Shown here: piece after piece, positions 1 through 7,763 of the stretch | Numbering within the stretch: the stretch's first letter is position 1 | Layout of the letters: the number at the start of each line of letters is the position of its first letter | Source of the DNA: Escherichia phage phiWec179 | DNA: 64,000 nucleotides | Sequence record: LC739533.1 | Strand: one strand, 5' to 3' | Made by a program: the position numbers and the translations under genes | The notes under the pieces: generated by a model | What the model was told of the DNA's origin: nothing | The model's database searches: none | The model's input: only the letters and a program-made list of their open reading frames with translations

Positions 1-35
1 GATTTAGCCATGATGTTAATCTCTTTTTCAGTGAG

Positions 36-94
36 GCGGGAACTATTCCCGCGCCCTATGTAATACAGTTTACTCTTTTTATTCGTGCTGTCAA
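36..94 (-). promoter_or_regulatory. Early promoter (TTGACA-N16-TAAACT) with conserved 5' leader hairpin, copy 1
   Basis: Minus strand: -35 TTGACA (89-94), 16-nt spacer, -10 TAAACT (67-72), then GTATTACATAGGGCG and perfect hairpin GCGGGAA/TTCCCGC (36-52). ATG of the next leftward gene is at 9-11; that gene runs off the window. Confidence 0.6.
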
Positions 95-100
95 TGCTTT

Positions 101-454
101 TTATAAATCTTTTTTACGTTTTACATCGCTTGCATGACTGTATACAGCGATCCCATTATCACGACAAAAACGGGTAAGGTATGATCCGCGTGAAAACTCT
201 TTCCCTTCCAGGTCAACAACCTTGCTAAATTCTTCCAGGGCAACGGTATCAAAATGATCACCATAACCATATTGAAACGGCACGTTAACAACTTCAATCA
301 ATTTACCGCCGATCTCAACGTCCACGCTTAAAGAAAAATATGTGTTACCGTAGGACTGTTGAAACCAGCGACGGGCGCTAATGTGAACGGCTTCAATCTC
401 ACCAATTTTAAATTGAGTGTTACCCAGGATCGCAACGTTGATATTTTTAGCCAT
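101..454 (-). CDS. Hypothetical protein (117 aa)
   Basis: Intact ORF in the leftward early cluster; no motif recognised. Confidence 0.6.
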   Translation of the reverse strand: MAKNINVAILGNTQFKIGEIEAVHISARRWFQQSYGNTYFSLSVDVEIGGKLIEVVNVPFQYGYGDHFDTVALEEFSKVVDLEGKEFSRGSYLTRFCRDNGIAVYSHASDVKRKKDL

Positions 455-550
455 GATTTTTTCTCTCTTTTTGGTTAGTGGGAAGTGTTCCCGATAAAAG
501 TTATTATGCTTATACTATCGTTTTTTGTCAATAGTATAAGACTAAAACTT

Positions 551-730
551 TTAACGATAATCATCGTAGGCTTTATTAACCTGGCGAATATAACATTCGA
601 AAGCGAGATCAATAGAATCATATTCCCGCACATAATCCCCGTAAGAAACTACATACACACCTTTTTGATCCTCAAACGTCATGATGATAGAATCCAGGCC
701 GATGATTTCAGTTTTAGCGATGATAGTCAT
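551..730 (-). CDS. Small hypothetical protein (59 aa)
   Basis: ORF MTIIAKTEIIGLD...; just downstream of promoter copy 2; not in the ORF track (<60 aa). Confidence 0.45.
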   Translation of the reverse strand: MTIIAKTEIIGLDSIIMTFEDQKGVYVVSYGDYVREYDSIDLAFECYIRQVNKAYDDYR

Positions 731-751
731 AATAATAACCTTTTTATTGTT

Positions 752-808
752 GGCGGCACCATTGCCGCCCTACGTGATAAACTATACCAGAATTTTAAAC
801 AGTGTCAA
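752..808 (-). promoter_or_regulatory. Early promoter (TTGACA-N16-TATAGT) with conserved 5' leader hairpin, copy 2
   Basis: Minus strand: -35 (803-808), -10 (781-786), then TTATCACGTAGGGCGG and perfect 7-bp hairpin GGCGGCA-AUGG-UGCCGCC (752-769). Confidence 0.6.
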
Positions 809-818
809 ACGTTTTTTC

Positions 819-1064
819 TTAGTTTGCGAAATATGGCGCGGCGGCTGATGCCGTTAATCTCCAAGTGATTTGGCTATCGATCAAGTATTCTTCATTCTTG
901 ATCCGCACGGTATCAATCGAGAAGTTACTGAAAGGCTTGCTCTTGATTTTACGAACAACCGTTACACGACGGTTATTTTTCATCTCTTTTAACTGAATCC
1001 AGGCGTAACCTTTTTCATTGACAAATATTTCATTGTGATTGGTGATAGATGATAAGTGTTTCAT
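819..1064 (-). CDS. Hypothetical protein (81 aa)
   Basis: ORF directly downstream of promoter copy 3. Confidence 0.55.
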   Translation of the reverse strand: MKHLSSITNHNEIFVNEKGYAWIQLKEMKNNRRVTVVRKIKSKPFSNFSIDTVRIKNEEYLIDSQITWRLTASAAAPYFAN

Positions 1065-1087
1065 GATTTTTCTCTCTTCTGTTTTGA

Positions 1088-1147
1088 GCGGTGGACCATT
1101 CCGCCGCCCTATGTGTTACATCTTACTACTTTTTTAAACATTGTCAA
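1088..1147 (-). promoter_or_regulatory. Early promoter (TTGACA-N16-TAAGAT) with conserved 5' leader hairpin, copy 3
   Basis: Minus strand: -35 (1142-1147), -10 (1120-1125), then GTAACACATAGGGCGGCGG and hairpin (1088-1107, one mismatch). Confidence 0.6.
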
Positions 1148-1155
1148 GGATATTT

Positions 1156-1437
1156 TTAACTATATGATCCACATCGTTCGCAGTAGTGATCATCGTCGTC
1201 ATCTGCTACCTGGCTGATAAAATGATCTACCTTTGCTTTCAAATTATTATAATTGCTTTCTACTTCCTGTAGTCGTCGTTGGTAGTATTCCAGGGCTTGC
1301 ACATAGGCCATTTGTTCGGTTTTAGCTTGCATAGCTAAATTCATGCCACGCGTTTCATCGTATAACCAATAACCATCATTACATTCACTAATAGATAGTG
1401 TAGGGCTTAGTTTTTCGTGACGGATAACCTTGCTCAT
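1156..1437 (-). CDS. Hypothetical protein (93 aa)
   Basis: Intact ORF; acidic DDDDD stretch followed by CxxC near the C-terminus. Confidence 0.55.
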   Translation of the reverse strand: MSKVIRHEKLSPTLSISECNDGYWLYDETRGMNLAMQAKTEQMAYVQALEYYQRRLQEVESNYNNLKAKVDHFISQVADDDDDHYCERCGSYS

Positions 1438-1447
1438 AGTGTGCCCC

Positions 1448-1558
1448 TTACTTCAAAATGATTGTTGTGATAACTGCTACGGTGATCCAGAATGGAACAA
1501 CTAAGATAATAGCGTTAATCGTTCCAACTGTCAAACTATTTTCTTTCTTGATCATCAT
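1448..1558 (-). CDS. Putative small hydrophobic peptide (36 aa)
   Basis: MMIKKENSLTVGTINAIILVVPFWITVAVITTIILK; AAGGA RBS. The longer track ORF 1448..1681 would run through the promoter hairpin. Confidence 0.35.
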   Translation of the reverse strand: MMIKKENSLTVGTINAIILVVPFWITVAVITTIILK

Positions 1559-1565
1559 GTTTTCC

Positions 1566-1649
1566 TTACAGTGTCCAAAGAATGATTTCAAGTGCAGCAC
1601 GGAAACCAGGAATAAAATTGATTGCAAAAAACAGGGAAGTAGTAAACAT
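1566..1649 (-). CDS. Putative tiny hydrophobic peptide (27 aa)
   Basis: MFTTSLFFAINFIPGFRAALEIILWTL; ATG about 20 nt downstream of the copy 4 hairpin. Confidence 0.25.
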   Translation of the reverse strand: MFTTSLFFAINFIPGFRAALEIILWTL

Positions 1650-1671
1650 TTTTCTATCCTTTCAGTTGTGA

Positions 1672-1727
1672 GCGGCACCATTGCCGCCTGATGAGTTAAC
1701 TATAAGGGATCACGTTTTACCTGTCAA
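1672..1727 (-). promoter_or_regulatory. Early promoter (TTGACA-N17-TATAGT) with conserved 5' leader hairpin, copy 4
   Basis: Minus strand: -35 (1722-1727), -10 (1699-1704), then TAACTCATCAGGCGG and hairpin GCGGCAAUGGUGCCGC (1672-1687). Confidence 0.55.
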
Positions 1728-2281
1728 CCTAAATCATCAAAATAAAGATAATTTTTTTCGGCTTCTTTCTTCTCTTCCTGTGATGCCTCAAAGACTGGGA
1801 GAAAGTGATCAAAGGCGACGCACTCAACCGCTTGATCGTCTTCCTCTTCCTGGTCTTCCTCCTGGGCTATGGCTGCAATTTTGGCTAATTTCCTTTCAGC
1901 CTGGATCAGCTTACCATCTAAAACGCTTTTAGCGGTGCTGTACGCCGTCCAAGTGATGCGCTTACTTTCCAGCGCGGCATCAAGCGCCGCTATCTTGCTG
2001 GGGTATTCATCCAGGACACGAAAAGCCGGATCTACCTTGTACAGCGGATTATCTTTCGCGCCGTCGCTATCATCTGCGGCGCTTGCAATGTCAGCGTTAC
2101 CATTCGCCAGCCAACCAGGGCGATCGCTGCGTGTTTTGGTATTCCCATGACTACGCGCCGATCTGTTGCCTACTTGCTCGCCACTATAGCCAGGAGCATG
2201 ATCGATCATGTCGTCCGGTATAATGCGCGGATCATTAACGTCATGTTTTACCCAGGACTGGATCACATATTCGCGCCCCAT
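1724..2281 (-). CDS. Hypothetical protein (185 aa)
   Basis: Intact ORF with acidic C-terminal region (EEDQEEEDD); no motif recognised. Confidence 0.6.
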   Translation of the reverse strand: MGREYVIQSWVKHDVNDPRIIPDDMIDHAPGYSGEQVGNRSARSHGNTKTRSDRPGWLANGNADIASAADDSDGAKDNPLYKVDPAFRVLDEYPSKIAALDAALESKRITWTAYSTAKSVLDGKLIQAERKLAKIAAIAQEEDQEEEDDQAVECVAFDHFLPVFEASQEEKKEAEKNYLYFDDLG

Positions 2282-2541
2282 TATACACCCCTTTTAACAA
2301 TCATTTCACACACAAGAAATAAGCTGGCGGAATCACGGCAAGGATAGAAAGATGTACGATAATCTCTCACCCCTGCTTTTATGATCTCCGTGGTTTTACC
2401 TGATAGCACATTGTAAATAGTGTAACTTGTCGGACTGTTTTTATATACCTTGCCAGGGTAGATCATAACATAACGAGCAAGGTTATAAAATTCCTCGTTA
2501 CGAAAGGCTATGATCTTCCCGCATACCTTAAGAAAGTGCAC
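2281..2541 (-). CDS. Hypothetical protein (86 aa), GTG start
   Basis: GTG at 2539-2541 preceded by AAGGGGG RBS; stop overlaps the start of the downstream gene. Confidence 0.45.
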   Translation of the reverse strand: MHFLKVCGKIIAFRNEEFYNLARYVMIYPGKVYKNSPTSYTIYNVLSGKTTEIIKAGVRDYRTSFYPCRDSASLFLVCEMIVKRGV

Positions 2542-2551
2542 GTTAGCCCCC

Positions 2552-2824
2552 TTACAGCAAAAAGTTTACTTGTCTTGCTGTTAATGTAGTATCAACCATT
2601 TTCGGGCTTTTATAATTGACAAAACGCGCGGTTTTTTCAATAGCGAAGCCGAGATAATCTTGTTTGTTGAAATTACATTCTTTCTTAAATGTTTCCCGTG
2701 CAATGGCGATCGCTGCGTCCAGGGATAAACGCCCGTCAATATTGATATTTGCGAAAGATCCGCCACCGCTCATAGGTTTACCAGTGGTGCCCGTTACGAT
2801 CATTGTTGCGCTATATGATGCCAT
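2552..2824 (-). CDS. Hypothetical protein (90 aa)
   Basis: Start taken at the internal Met (MASYSATMIV...) downstream of the copy 5 hairpin; the track start at 2860 lies inside the hairpin. Confidence 0.55.
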   Translation of the reverse strand: MASYSATMIVTGTTGKPMSGGGSFANINIDGRLSLDAAIAIARETFKKECNFNKQDYLGFAIEKTARFVNYKSPKMVDTTLTARQVNFLL

Positions 2825-2846
2825 GATGATAATCTCTCTTAGTTGT

Positions 2847-2908
2847 GAGCGGTGGACCATTCCGCCGCTCTACGTGATACATCTTATCAGGTTGTTGCCT
2901 GTTGTCAA
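2847..2908 (-). promoter_or_regulatory. Early promoter (TTGACA-N16-TAAGAT) with conserved 5' leader hairpin, copy 5
   Basis: Minus strand: -35 (2903-2908), -10 (2881-2886), then GTATCACGTAGAGCGGCGG and hairpin 2847-2870. Confidence 0.6.
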
Positions 2909-2914
2909 TACTTT

Positions 2915-3112
2915 TTATTCAAGCCCTACGATATGTAAGACACGGCGATTAGCAATAGCGTGCTGGTCTTCTGTTATAACGCCCATTTCTACCAGTGAAT
3001 CAAGAAAGGAAAGCACCGTGATATATTCGTCATCGGGTACACTCATTTCATTAGTACCGTTTACCACTACGTTGATTTGTCCTGCTTTCGCTACAATGTG
3101 CAATGTTGCCAT
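2915..3112 (-). CDS. Hypothetical protein (65 aa)
   Basis: Intact ORF with GGAG RBS; first gene of the leftward small-gene cluster. Confidence 0.5.
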   Translation of the reverse strand: MATLHIVAKAGQINVVVNGTNEMSVPDDEYITVLSFLDSLVEMGVITEDQHAIANRRVLHIVGLE

Positions 3113-3309
3113 GATCTTAACTCCAGGTGATGAATGATGTTTTTTGTTGGTTGACGGTGGATTATGGAGATCCTCACCTTTGCCCGTCCTGCATTGCGCC
3201 CTCCTGTTGTTTATTGTCGTTGTGCCTCGCCCCCCTCGACAAGATTAATACTACGCTACCAGGTGCGGAACGTCAACGACTTTTTCAATCTTTTTTATTT
3301 TCTTTTTGC

Positions 3310-3338
3310 TTGCTATATATAAAGGAAAGGGCTATCAT
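3310..3338 (+). promoter_or_regulatory. Putative sigma70-like promoter (TTGCTA-N17-TATCAT)
   Basis: Hexamers at 3310-3315 and 3333-3338, upstream of the rightward ORF at 3387. Confidence 0.35.
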
Positions 3339-3386
3339 CTTTCTACCGCGCCAACCAGGGCGCACAACAGAAGAAAGGGCGACACC

Positions 3387-3653
3387 ATGACAACTACTAC
3401 ATTACACCTTATGCACTCGTTAGGCTGGCAAGGCGGCACGGTCCACCAGGTAGCAAGCGCAACGGGCTTAAAGGTTGAAACAGTTCTCAACCTGGGCGAT
3501 CATAAAGTGGAAGAGATAGACCATTTTGATCCGTTCGCTGATGGTTATCTCTGGGCTTGCAGTGGCGGCGGGGAAAGCAAGATACCGCCAGCCGCGCGGG
3601 GCGATATGCATTTTTGGTTAGGTGTTCTCTCCTGGCAAGAAAACAAAAAATAA
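3387..3653 (+). CDS. Hypothetical protein (88 aa)
   Basis: ORF MTTTTLHLMHSLGWQGG...; divergent from the leftward cluster. Confidence 0.45.
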   Translation: MTTTTLHLMHSLGWQGGTVHQVASATGLKVETVLNLGDHKVEEIDHFDPFADGYLWACSGGGESKIPPAARGDMHFWLGVLSWQENKK

Positions 3654-3655
3654 TC

Positions 3656-3684
3656 TTGACAAGCCCAGGGATCGGGCTTATACT
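3656..3684 (+). promoter_or_regulatory. Consensus sigma70 promoter (TTGACA-N17-TATACT) firing into a non-coding region
   Basis: Perfect -35 at 3656-3661, 17-nt spacer, -10 TATACT at 3679-3684. No credible ORF with an RBS lies downstream before about 4470. Confidence 0.6.
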
Positions 3685-3908
3685 GTTTTACATACAGAAG
3701 AGGAAGCGCCACCCCACGGCGTAAAGGCGGGGCTAACATACCAGGGGCACTGGTTGGAAGGTCGATCGCCGGGAGGCTGGGCGCTATATATTTGTAAAGA
3801 AATGTAAAGATAAAATAATCGCTTGCTTTCCTGGCTGGATCTGTTATTCTTATTACATGGCGAGGGGACACGGGAGCGCGAGACAATCACCGGACCTGCC
3901 CGTCATTC

Positions 3909-4020
3909 TGCAAATGAGAAAAATTCTCATTTGCAAATAAGACTCATTCGCATTTAATAATTGAATGAGAATCATTCTCATTCTCATTCGTATTTCGATT
4001 TTAAGTGAGAATAATTCTCA
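3909..4020. repeat. Three palindromic operator-like sites with core TGAGAA-N1-3-TTCTCA
   Basis: Palindromes at 3909-3935 (12-bp arms), 3963-3983 (10-bp arms) and 4006-4020 (7-bp arms). Confidence 0.7.
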
Positions 4021-4034
4021 TTTCGGTAATTTTC

Positions 4035-4219
4035 ACGTAAACTTTAGAATTTGCTTTTCAACTTTCACTTTTGTAAAAGCAAAAAAACTTTAAATACCTG
4101 GTGCGCGCGACTTTTTAAAAAATTTTTCTCGGTTTTTTGCTTTGAAATCTGGCCCACCAATTTGAGATAGTGTACGTAAACTTTAGAATTTGGTTTTGGA
4201 TTCTCACTTTTGTAAACTC
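4035..4219. repeat. Imperfect ~46-bp direct repeat pair plus TTGAGATA triplet
   Basis: ACGTAAACTTTAGAATTT identical at 4035-4052 and 4174-4191, with similar extensions ending ACTTTTGTAAA. TTGAGATA occurs at 4162, 4248 and 4271. AT-rich context. Confidence 0.7.
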
Positions 4220-4375
4220 GTAAAAAGTTTAAATAATTGTAGGGATTTTGAGATAGTTTGCTTGTAAGGTTTGAGATAATCCTTCCCGAAGATGTTACGC
4301 AGCCTACAGCCTACCTGAATGCTCGTCTAACGAGATTAACTCTAAAAGATGAGTGTTGGTGTAGCTAAAGAGAAA

Positions 4376-4402
4376 AGGCTCTCTACGGTGTTGTAGGAGC
4401 CT
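4376..4402. terminator. Intrinsic terminator hairpin, probably bidirectional
   Basis: Stem AGGCUC/GAGCCU with extended CUAC/GUAG pairing; T-rich tail on the minus strand (UUUUCUCUUU) after the leftward operon, weaker T-tract on plus. Confidence 0.55.
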
Positions 4403-4473
4403 TATTTCTGTGGCACAAAGTTGACGTATTCTTTTTAAAAACGAATTTTTTCAAAATATCACGAATATCGCCT

Positions 4474-5001
4474 TTATGGTATTTTGGCTGGGAACAGGAT
4501 TTTAATCAGATTGTTGTGGTATTGTCCTAAAAGATTCTGCCCTTTCCAGTTGGCAGGATTAAGCACCCCTGGTTCGTACATACCCATTCCAATTCCGTAA
4601 ACCTTATCATAAGGACTCGCCTCAACGAACGTTTTGAATTGGTACAGTCGCAAGTCAGAATAAAGATCAGGGTTCTGTGTATACTTCAAGCATAAGCCTC
4701 GCATTACGATACGCTCTCGGTACTCTTCCCACATGTCATTATTAAAACCAGACACCGCTCGACCCATGCGCTTGTAGTATGCCTGTCCCTTCTCGTCGTC
4801 ACGCTTCATTGAGTGATCAAGGATAGCTGCTGCGATTACCTGATCCTTGAACAGCAAAGCCTTACGCCACATCATGTATTGCTCTACACAACAGAAAGTT
4901 TCATTGTACCCTGGTTCCGTCTCTGTGAATGGTGCAATGTACCAATTGCTAAACACATCTTTATGTGAAAAGAAGAATACATATTCATTAGTTATTCGCA
5001 T
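4474..5001 (-). CDS. NADAR (YbiA-like, DUF1768) domain protein; candidate ADP-ribosyl-guanine hydrolase
   Basis: Recalled YbiA/NADAR family motifs: FFFSHKDVFSNWY, CCVEQYMMWRKALLF, RMGR, YTQNPDL...FVEASPYD..YGIGMG...NLLGQ. Confidence 0.8.
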   Translation of the reverse strand: MRITNEYVFFFSHKDVFSNWYIAPFTETEPGYNETFCCVEQYMMWRKALLFKDQVIAAAILDHSMKRDDEKGQAYYKRMGRAVSGFNNDMWEEYRERIVMRGLCLKYTQNPDLYSDLRLYQFKTFVEASPYDKVYGIGMGMYEPGVLNPANWKGQNLLGQYHNNLIKILFPAKIP

Positions 5002-5176
5002 TTTTCATGCCTCTTAAGACTTCAGCTTGCCCGTCTTGAAAAGCTTTCATCAGAACTATCTTAAGATTGACTTCCAAGCGTTCTTCATCCTCTTTATAAC
5101 AATCCAACACTGCCTTAAGTTCATCATAGTGGTTCAGAATAGGTTTAAAGATTTCATGATCTGCTAAACGTGCCAT
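4988..5176 (-). CDS. Hypothetical protein (62 aa)
   Basis: Start at MARLADHEIF with AAGGAG RBS; the track's upstream Met at 5212 has no RBS. Confidence 0.5.
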   Translation of the reverse strand: MARLADHEIFKPILNHYDELKAVLDCYKEDEERLEVNLKIVLMKAFQDGQAEVLRGMKNANN

Positions 5177-5189
5177 AGTTTCTCCTTTG

Positions 5190-5555
5190 TTAGTCCATCC
5201 ACCAGTAGCCATAAACTGCGTCTGCGTCGATGAGTTTGTGTTTGTTGTTCCGCATGTAGTCTAAGATAAGTAGACGTTTATTGTATCTGGAGAGATTATG
5301 ACCCTCTTTTCCGCCATAGTCAAAATATTTTGCAAGACTTTTACACTCAAACAAAATCAGTTCGGGAGTTTCTTCACATTGGTCTGTCTGGTACACTTGA
5401 CGGATGATCATGTATACGTCATCGTCTTCCGCTAAGTGCTCTACTGGTCCACACCCAGCAGGAATAAATTCATAGTCCCATCGAATCAGATGTTTCTCTA
5501 CTGCTTCAAAGAAATCCATTTTTTCGCTACGCATGATCTGAACATCAATTAACAT
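5190..5555 (-). CDS. Hypothetical protein (121 aa)
   Basis: ORF with AGGAGG RBS; overlaps the stop of the upstream gene. Confidence 0.55.
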   Translation of the reverse strand: MLIDVQIMRSEKMDFFEAVEKHLIRWDYEFIPAGCGPVEHLAEDDDVYMIIRQVYQTDQCEETPELILFECKSLAKYFDYGGKEGHNLSRYNKRLLILDYMRNNKHKLIDADAVYGYWWMD

Positions 5556-6561
5556 AATTTTCCTCCTGTCTCATTATTCCACCTGCTTGGTTGATAGCAC
5601 TTAAGACAACAGCCAAATCCTCACGCAGGAAGGTTTCACTATGACCGTCTTTCATGTGCAACGCTTCCACACAGCCGATAGACGGTAGGATCTGATCAGT
5701 CTTAGATTTTAGCTTACTCTCTAACGCCCTGCAAGCCTGGTAGGACGGCAGATCAAACAATGCTACACGTTGCATAAAGTAGTTATTATTTGCATTCTGA
5801 ATCTTCAAACGTATATCACTATCCTTTGCAATCCCCAGCTTGAAAGCTCCCGTATCTTCTCCATACTCATCAAGGATAACGTTGATGTAAAATTCTTGCT
5901 GTGATCTGCCTTTACATTCAGAACAACCATTCCCACTTAGATACTTATTAGGTGTTATCGTTTGTTCTCCGTGCTCACTACATAAATATTTAAACTTAGA
6001 CATGGTTCCCACCTTACCAACGAACCCTATAAACTGGTCCCCTCGTTCCTGGCAAGCTTCAGTCATACGGAAAATCCATTGCGCAGGAGTGTAACGATGG
6101 TTTTTAGAACAACGGCAAGCAAGCAGCCCATCTCTAAGACTGCTCCTCGTTACTTCAAACCTACCGTTACACACGCCAGCCTTTACATATTCGTCATGAG
6201 AACATACGGAACACTTAACTATCCAATAAGCCGCCCATCCTTTACTATCTAATCTATCACTACGATAATACTCACGCGGAACGTTATCAGGACACGCTTT
6301 GTTAAAGGTTGTGATATGGATTGAATCATCAATTAAACATGTTTGCCTTATTGCTTCCACCCTACAACCTTTACAACCACTTCCTATTTTAGCATTATCT
6401 ATAGAAGTTGTTCTCCATTCCCCATGTATAGAACATTCACAGGTTAGTTTAGTGCGTGCCCCCTTCCATTCACCATGCCACCCCGTAATGGTCCACGGTT
6501 TATCCTGGTAAGCTTGTTCTATTTCTTCCTGATATTCCTCCCAACTTTTAGCCCTCATCAT
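5545..6561 (-). CDS. T5orf172-type (GIY-YIG superfamily) domain protein with N-terminal Cys-rich repeats; homing-endonuclease-like
   Basis: C-terminus FKLGIAKDSDIRLKIQN...ACRALESKL...KDGHSETF fits the T5orf172 pattern; CxxC / C..HG repeats in the N-terminal part. Paralog of 10129..11082. Confidence 0.6.
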   Translation of the reverse strand: MMRAKSWEEYQEEIEQAYQDKPWTITGWHGEWKGARTKLTCECSIHGEWRTTSIDNAKIGSGCKGCRVEAIRQTCLIDDSIHITTFNKACPDNVPREYYRSDRLDSKGWAAYWIVKCSVCSHDEYVKAGVCNGRFEVTRSSLRDGLLACRCSKNHRYTPAQWIFRMTEACQERGDQFIGFVGKVGTMSKFKYLCSEHGEQTITPNKYLSGNGCSECKGRSQQEFYINVILDEYGEDTGAFKLGIAKDSDIRLKIQNANNNYFMQRVALFDLPSYQACRALESKLKSKTDQILPSIGCVEALHMKDGHSETFLREDLAVVLSAINQAGGIMRQEENYVN

Positions 6562-6575
6562 CCCCCCTACAACAA

Positions 6576-6593
6576 ATGCCCCTTGCGGGGCAT
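6576..6593 (-). terminator. GC hairpin (AUGCCCC-UUGC-GGGGCAU), terminator-like
   Basis: Between the AAA+ ATPase stop and the T5orf172 start; weak U-tract on the minus strand. Same GCCCCTTGCGGGGC core as the late terminator at 49347-49360. Confidence 0.35.
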
Positions 6594-6598
6594 CTTTA

Positions 6599-7738
6599 TT
6601 AGAACACGCTACTTAAGGTTGCAGATCGTGTAGTGGTTGGTTCCAGAACCACACGGAACGTATCCCCAGGTTTATCGCTCACTACTACAATCTTACCACC
6701 TTCGATCAGGTCACACTTCAAACCTTCGGCAGTAGCTTTCAGGTCGATGCGTGGATCGCCATCATCATCCAGGATAACGTAGCTGCTATCTTCGAGAGGC
6801 TCCAGTTCTTCGTCTTTCACGGCTTCCAGGTAGATGTTCAGTTCACATGCACCAGACAAGAACTTGGTAGGAGTGAACTCATGCCAGTTGTTGACCCAGT
6901 TAGGCTTGATAGCTTTACCGTTGACAACAATAGAGCTAATCGTCCAGCGTGCATCGTTACCCAGAGAGATACCCATCATCTCCAGACAGGTCTTGAACGT
7001 CATTTTCGGATAGAAGTTTAACTCTTCTACGATCCCTTGAATAACATCGAAAGACAGTTCAGTGCTAACATCCCACAAACGTTGGAAGCTTTCAACATGT
7101 TTGCGATTCTTCAGATTCTTGTCCAGGTAGTCCAGCATAGTTTCAATAGACAGTTTGTCGTAGTTGAAGCTATAGAAGATACGGCTCGGACGGTTGACGA
7201 AGTATTCCGAGATGTATCCGCTGTTCTTTGTCAGCATGAACAGTTTGTTACCGCTACCTGTGCCATCCAGCAGAGTCAGCAGTGCTTCCTGATCTTCCTT
7301 CTTGGAATACACTTTGTCGAACTCATCGAACAGTACTACTGCGCGTTCAGAGATCTTACTCATGAACTCCAGGAAATTGGCATCAGAATATGGCTGCGTT
7401 ACCAGAATAGTTGGGATTCCCAGGTCTTCCGCTTCCAACAGAGTGTTACTGATCAGTTTTGCCAGCATTGTCTTGCCACTGCCTTTTGTACCCGACAACA
7501 GGACACCTGTGTTCTTACCTTCTTTACTACGACGAGCGAAGGTACGGATAACGTGGGCTGCACGTTCTTTGGTTTCCCCGTACAGGCGATCAGGAATCGT
7601 GAACTTATCAGCGCGACTAAGAGAATAGTTACCATGTGGATCACAATTGACAGTCCAAACGCCAGCGGGGAGTTTATCAACCTCTACACCAAAATCTTTA
7701 TTAACAATTGCAACATCCCCATAAACTGTGTATTTCAT
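6599..7738 (-). CDS. AAA+ family ATPase
   Basis: Walker A GTKGSGKT, Walker B VVLFDEFD, downstream arginine-containing segment NRPSRI. Confidence 0.75.
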   Translation of the reverse strand: MKYTVYGDVAIVNKDFGVEVDKLPAGVWTVNCDPHGNYSLSRADKFTIPDRLYGETKERAAHVIRTFARRSKEGKNTGVLLSGTKGSGKTMLAKLISNTLLEAEDLGIPTILVTQPYSDANFLEFMSKISERAVVLFDEFDKVYSKKEDQEALLTLLDGTGSGNKLFMLTKNSGYISEYFVNRPSRIFYSFNYDKLSIETMLDYLDKNLKNRKHVESFQRLWDVSTELSFDVIQGIVEELNFYPKMTFKTCLEMMGISLGNDARWTISSIVVNGKAIKPNWVNNWHEFTPTKFLSGACELNIYLEAVKDEELEPLEDSSYVILDDDGDPRIDLKATAEGLKCDLIEGGKIVVVSDKPGDTFRVVLEPTTTRSATLSSVF

Positions 7739-7763
7739 TTACTTTCTCCTCTTCTGTTGGAAT

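Noticed and set aside
485-868. 127-aa plus-strand ORF across the 551-808 region
   Set aside because: Low-complexity hydrophobic translation overlapping a minus-strand gene with RBS and the conserved minus-strand promoter/hairpin; no RBS of its own.
1448-1681. 77-aa version of the minus-strand ORF
   Set aside because: Would run through the conserved promoter hairpin; the internal ATG with RBS (1558) is more plausible.
3306-3653. Longer start for the plus-strand ORF (Met at 3306)
   Set aside because: That Met lies within or upstream of the putative promoter hexamers; the ATG at 3387 is used instead.
3700-3790. GC-rich segment checked as a possible tRNA
   Set aside because: No canonical T-loop (GTTCRA) or cloverleaf pairing; the nearest match reads GTCGATC. 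Kept only as part of a candidate non-coding transcript.
3909-4278. Repeat cluster checked as a possible CRISPR array
   Set aside because: Repeats are palindromes of differing sequence with irregular spacing plus long direct repeats; no uniform repeat-spacer periodicity.
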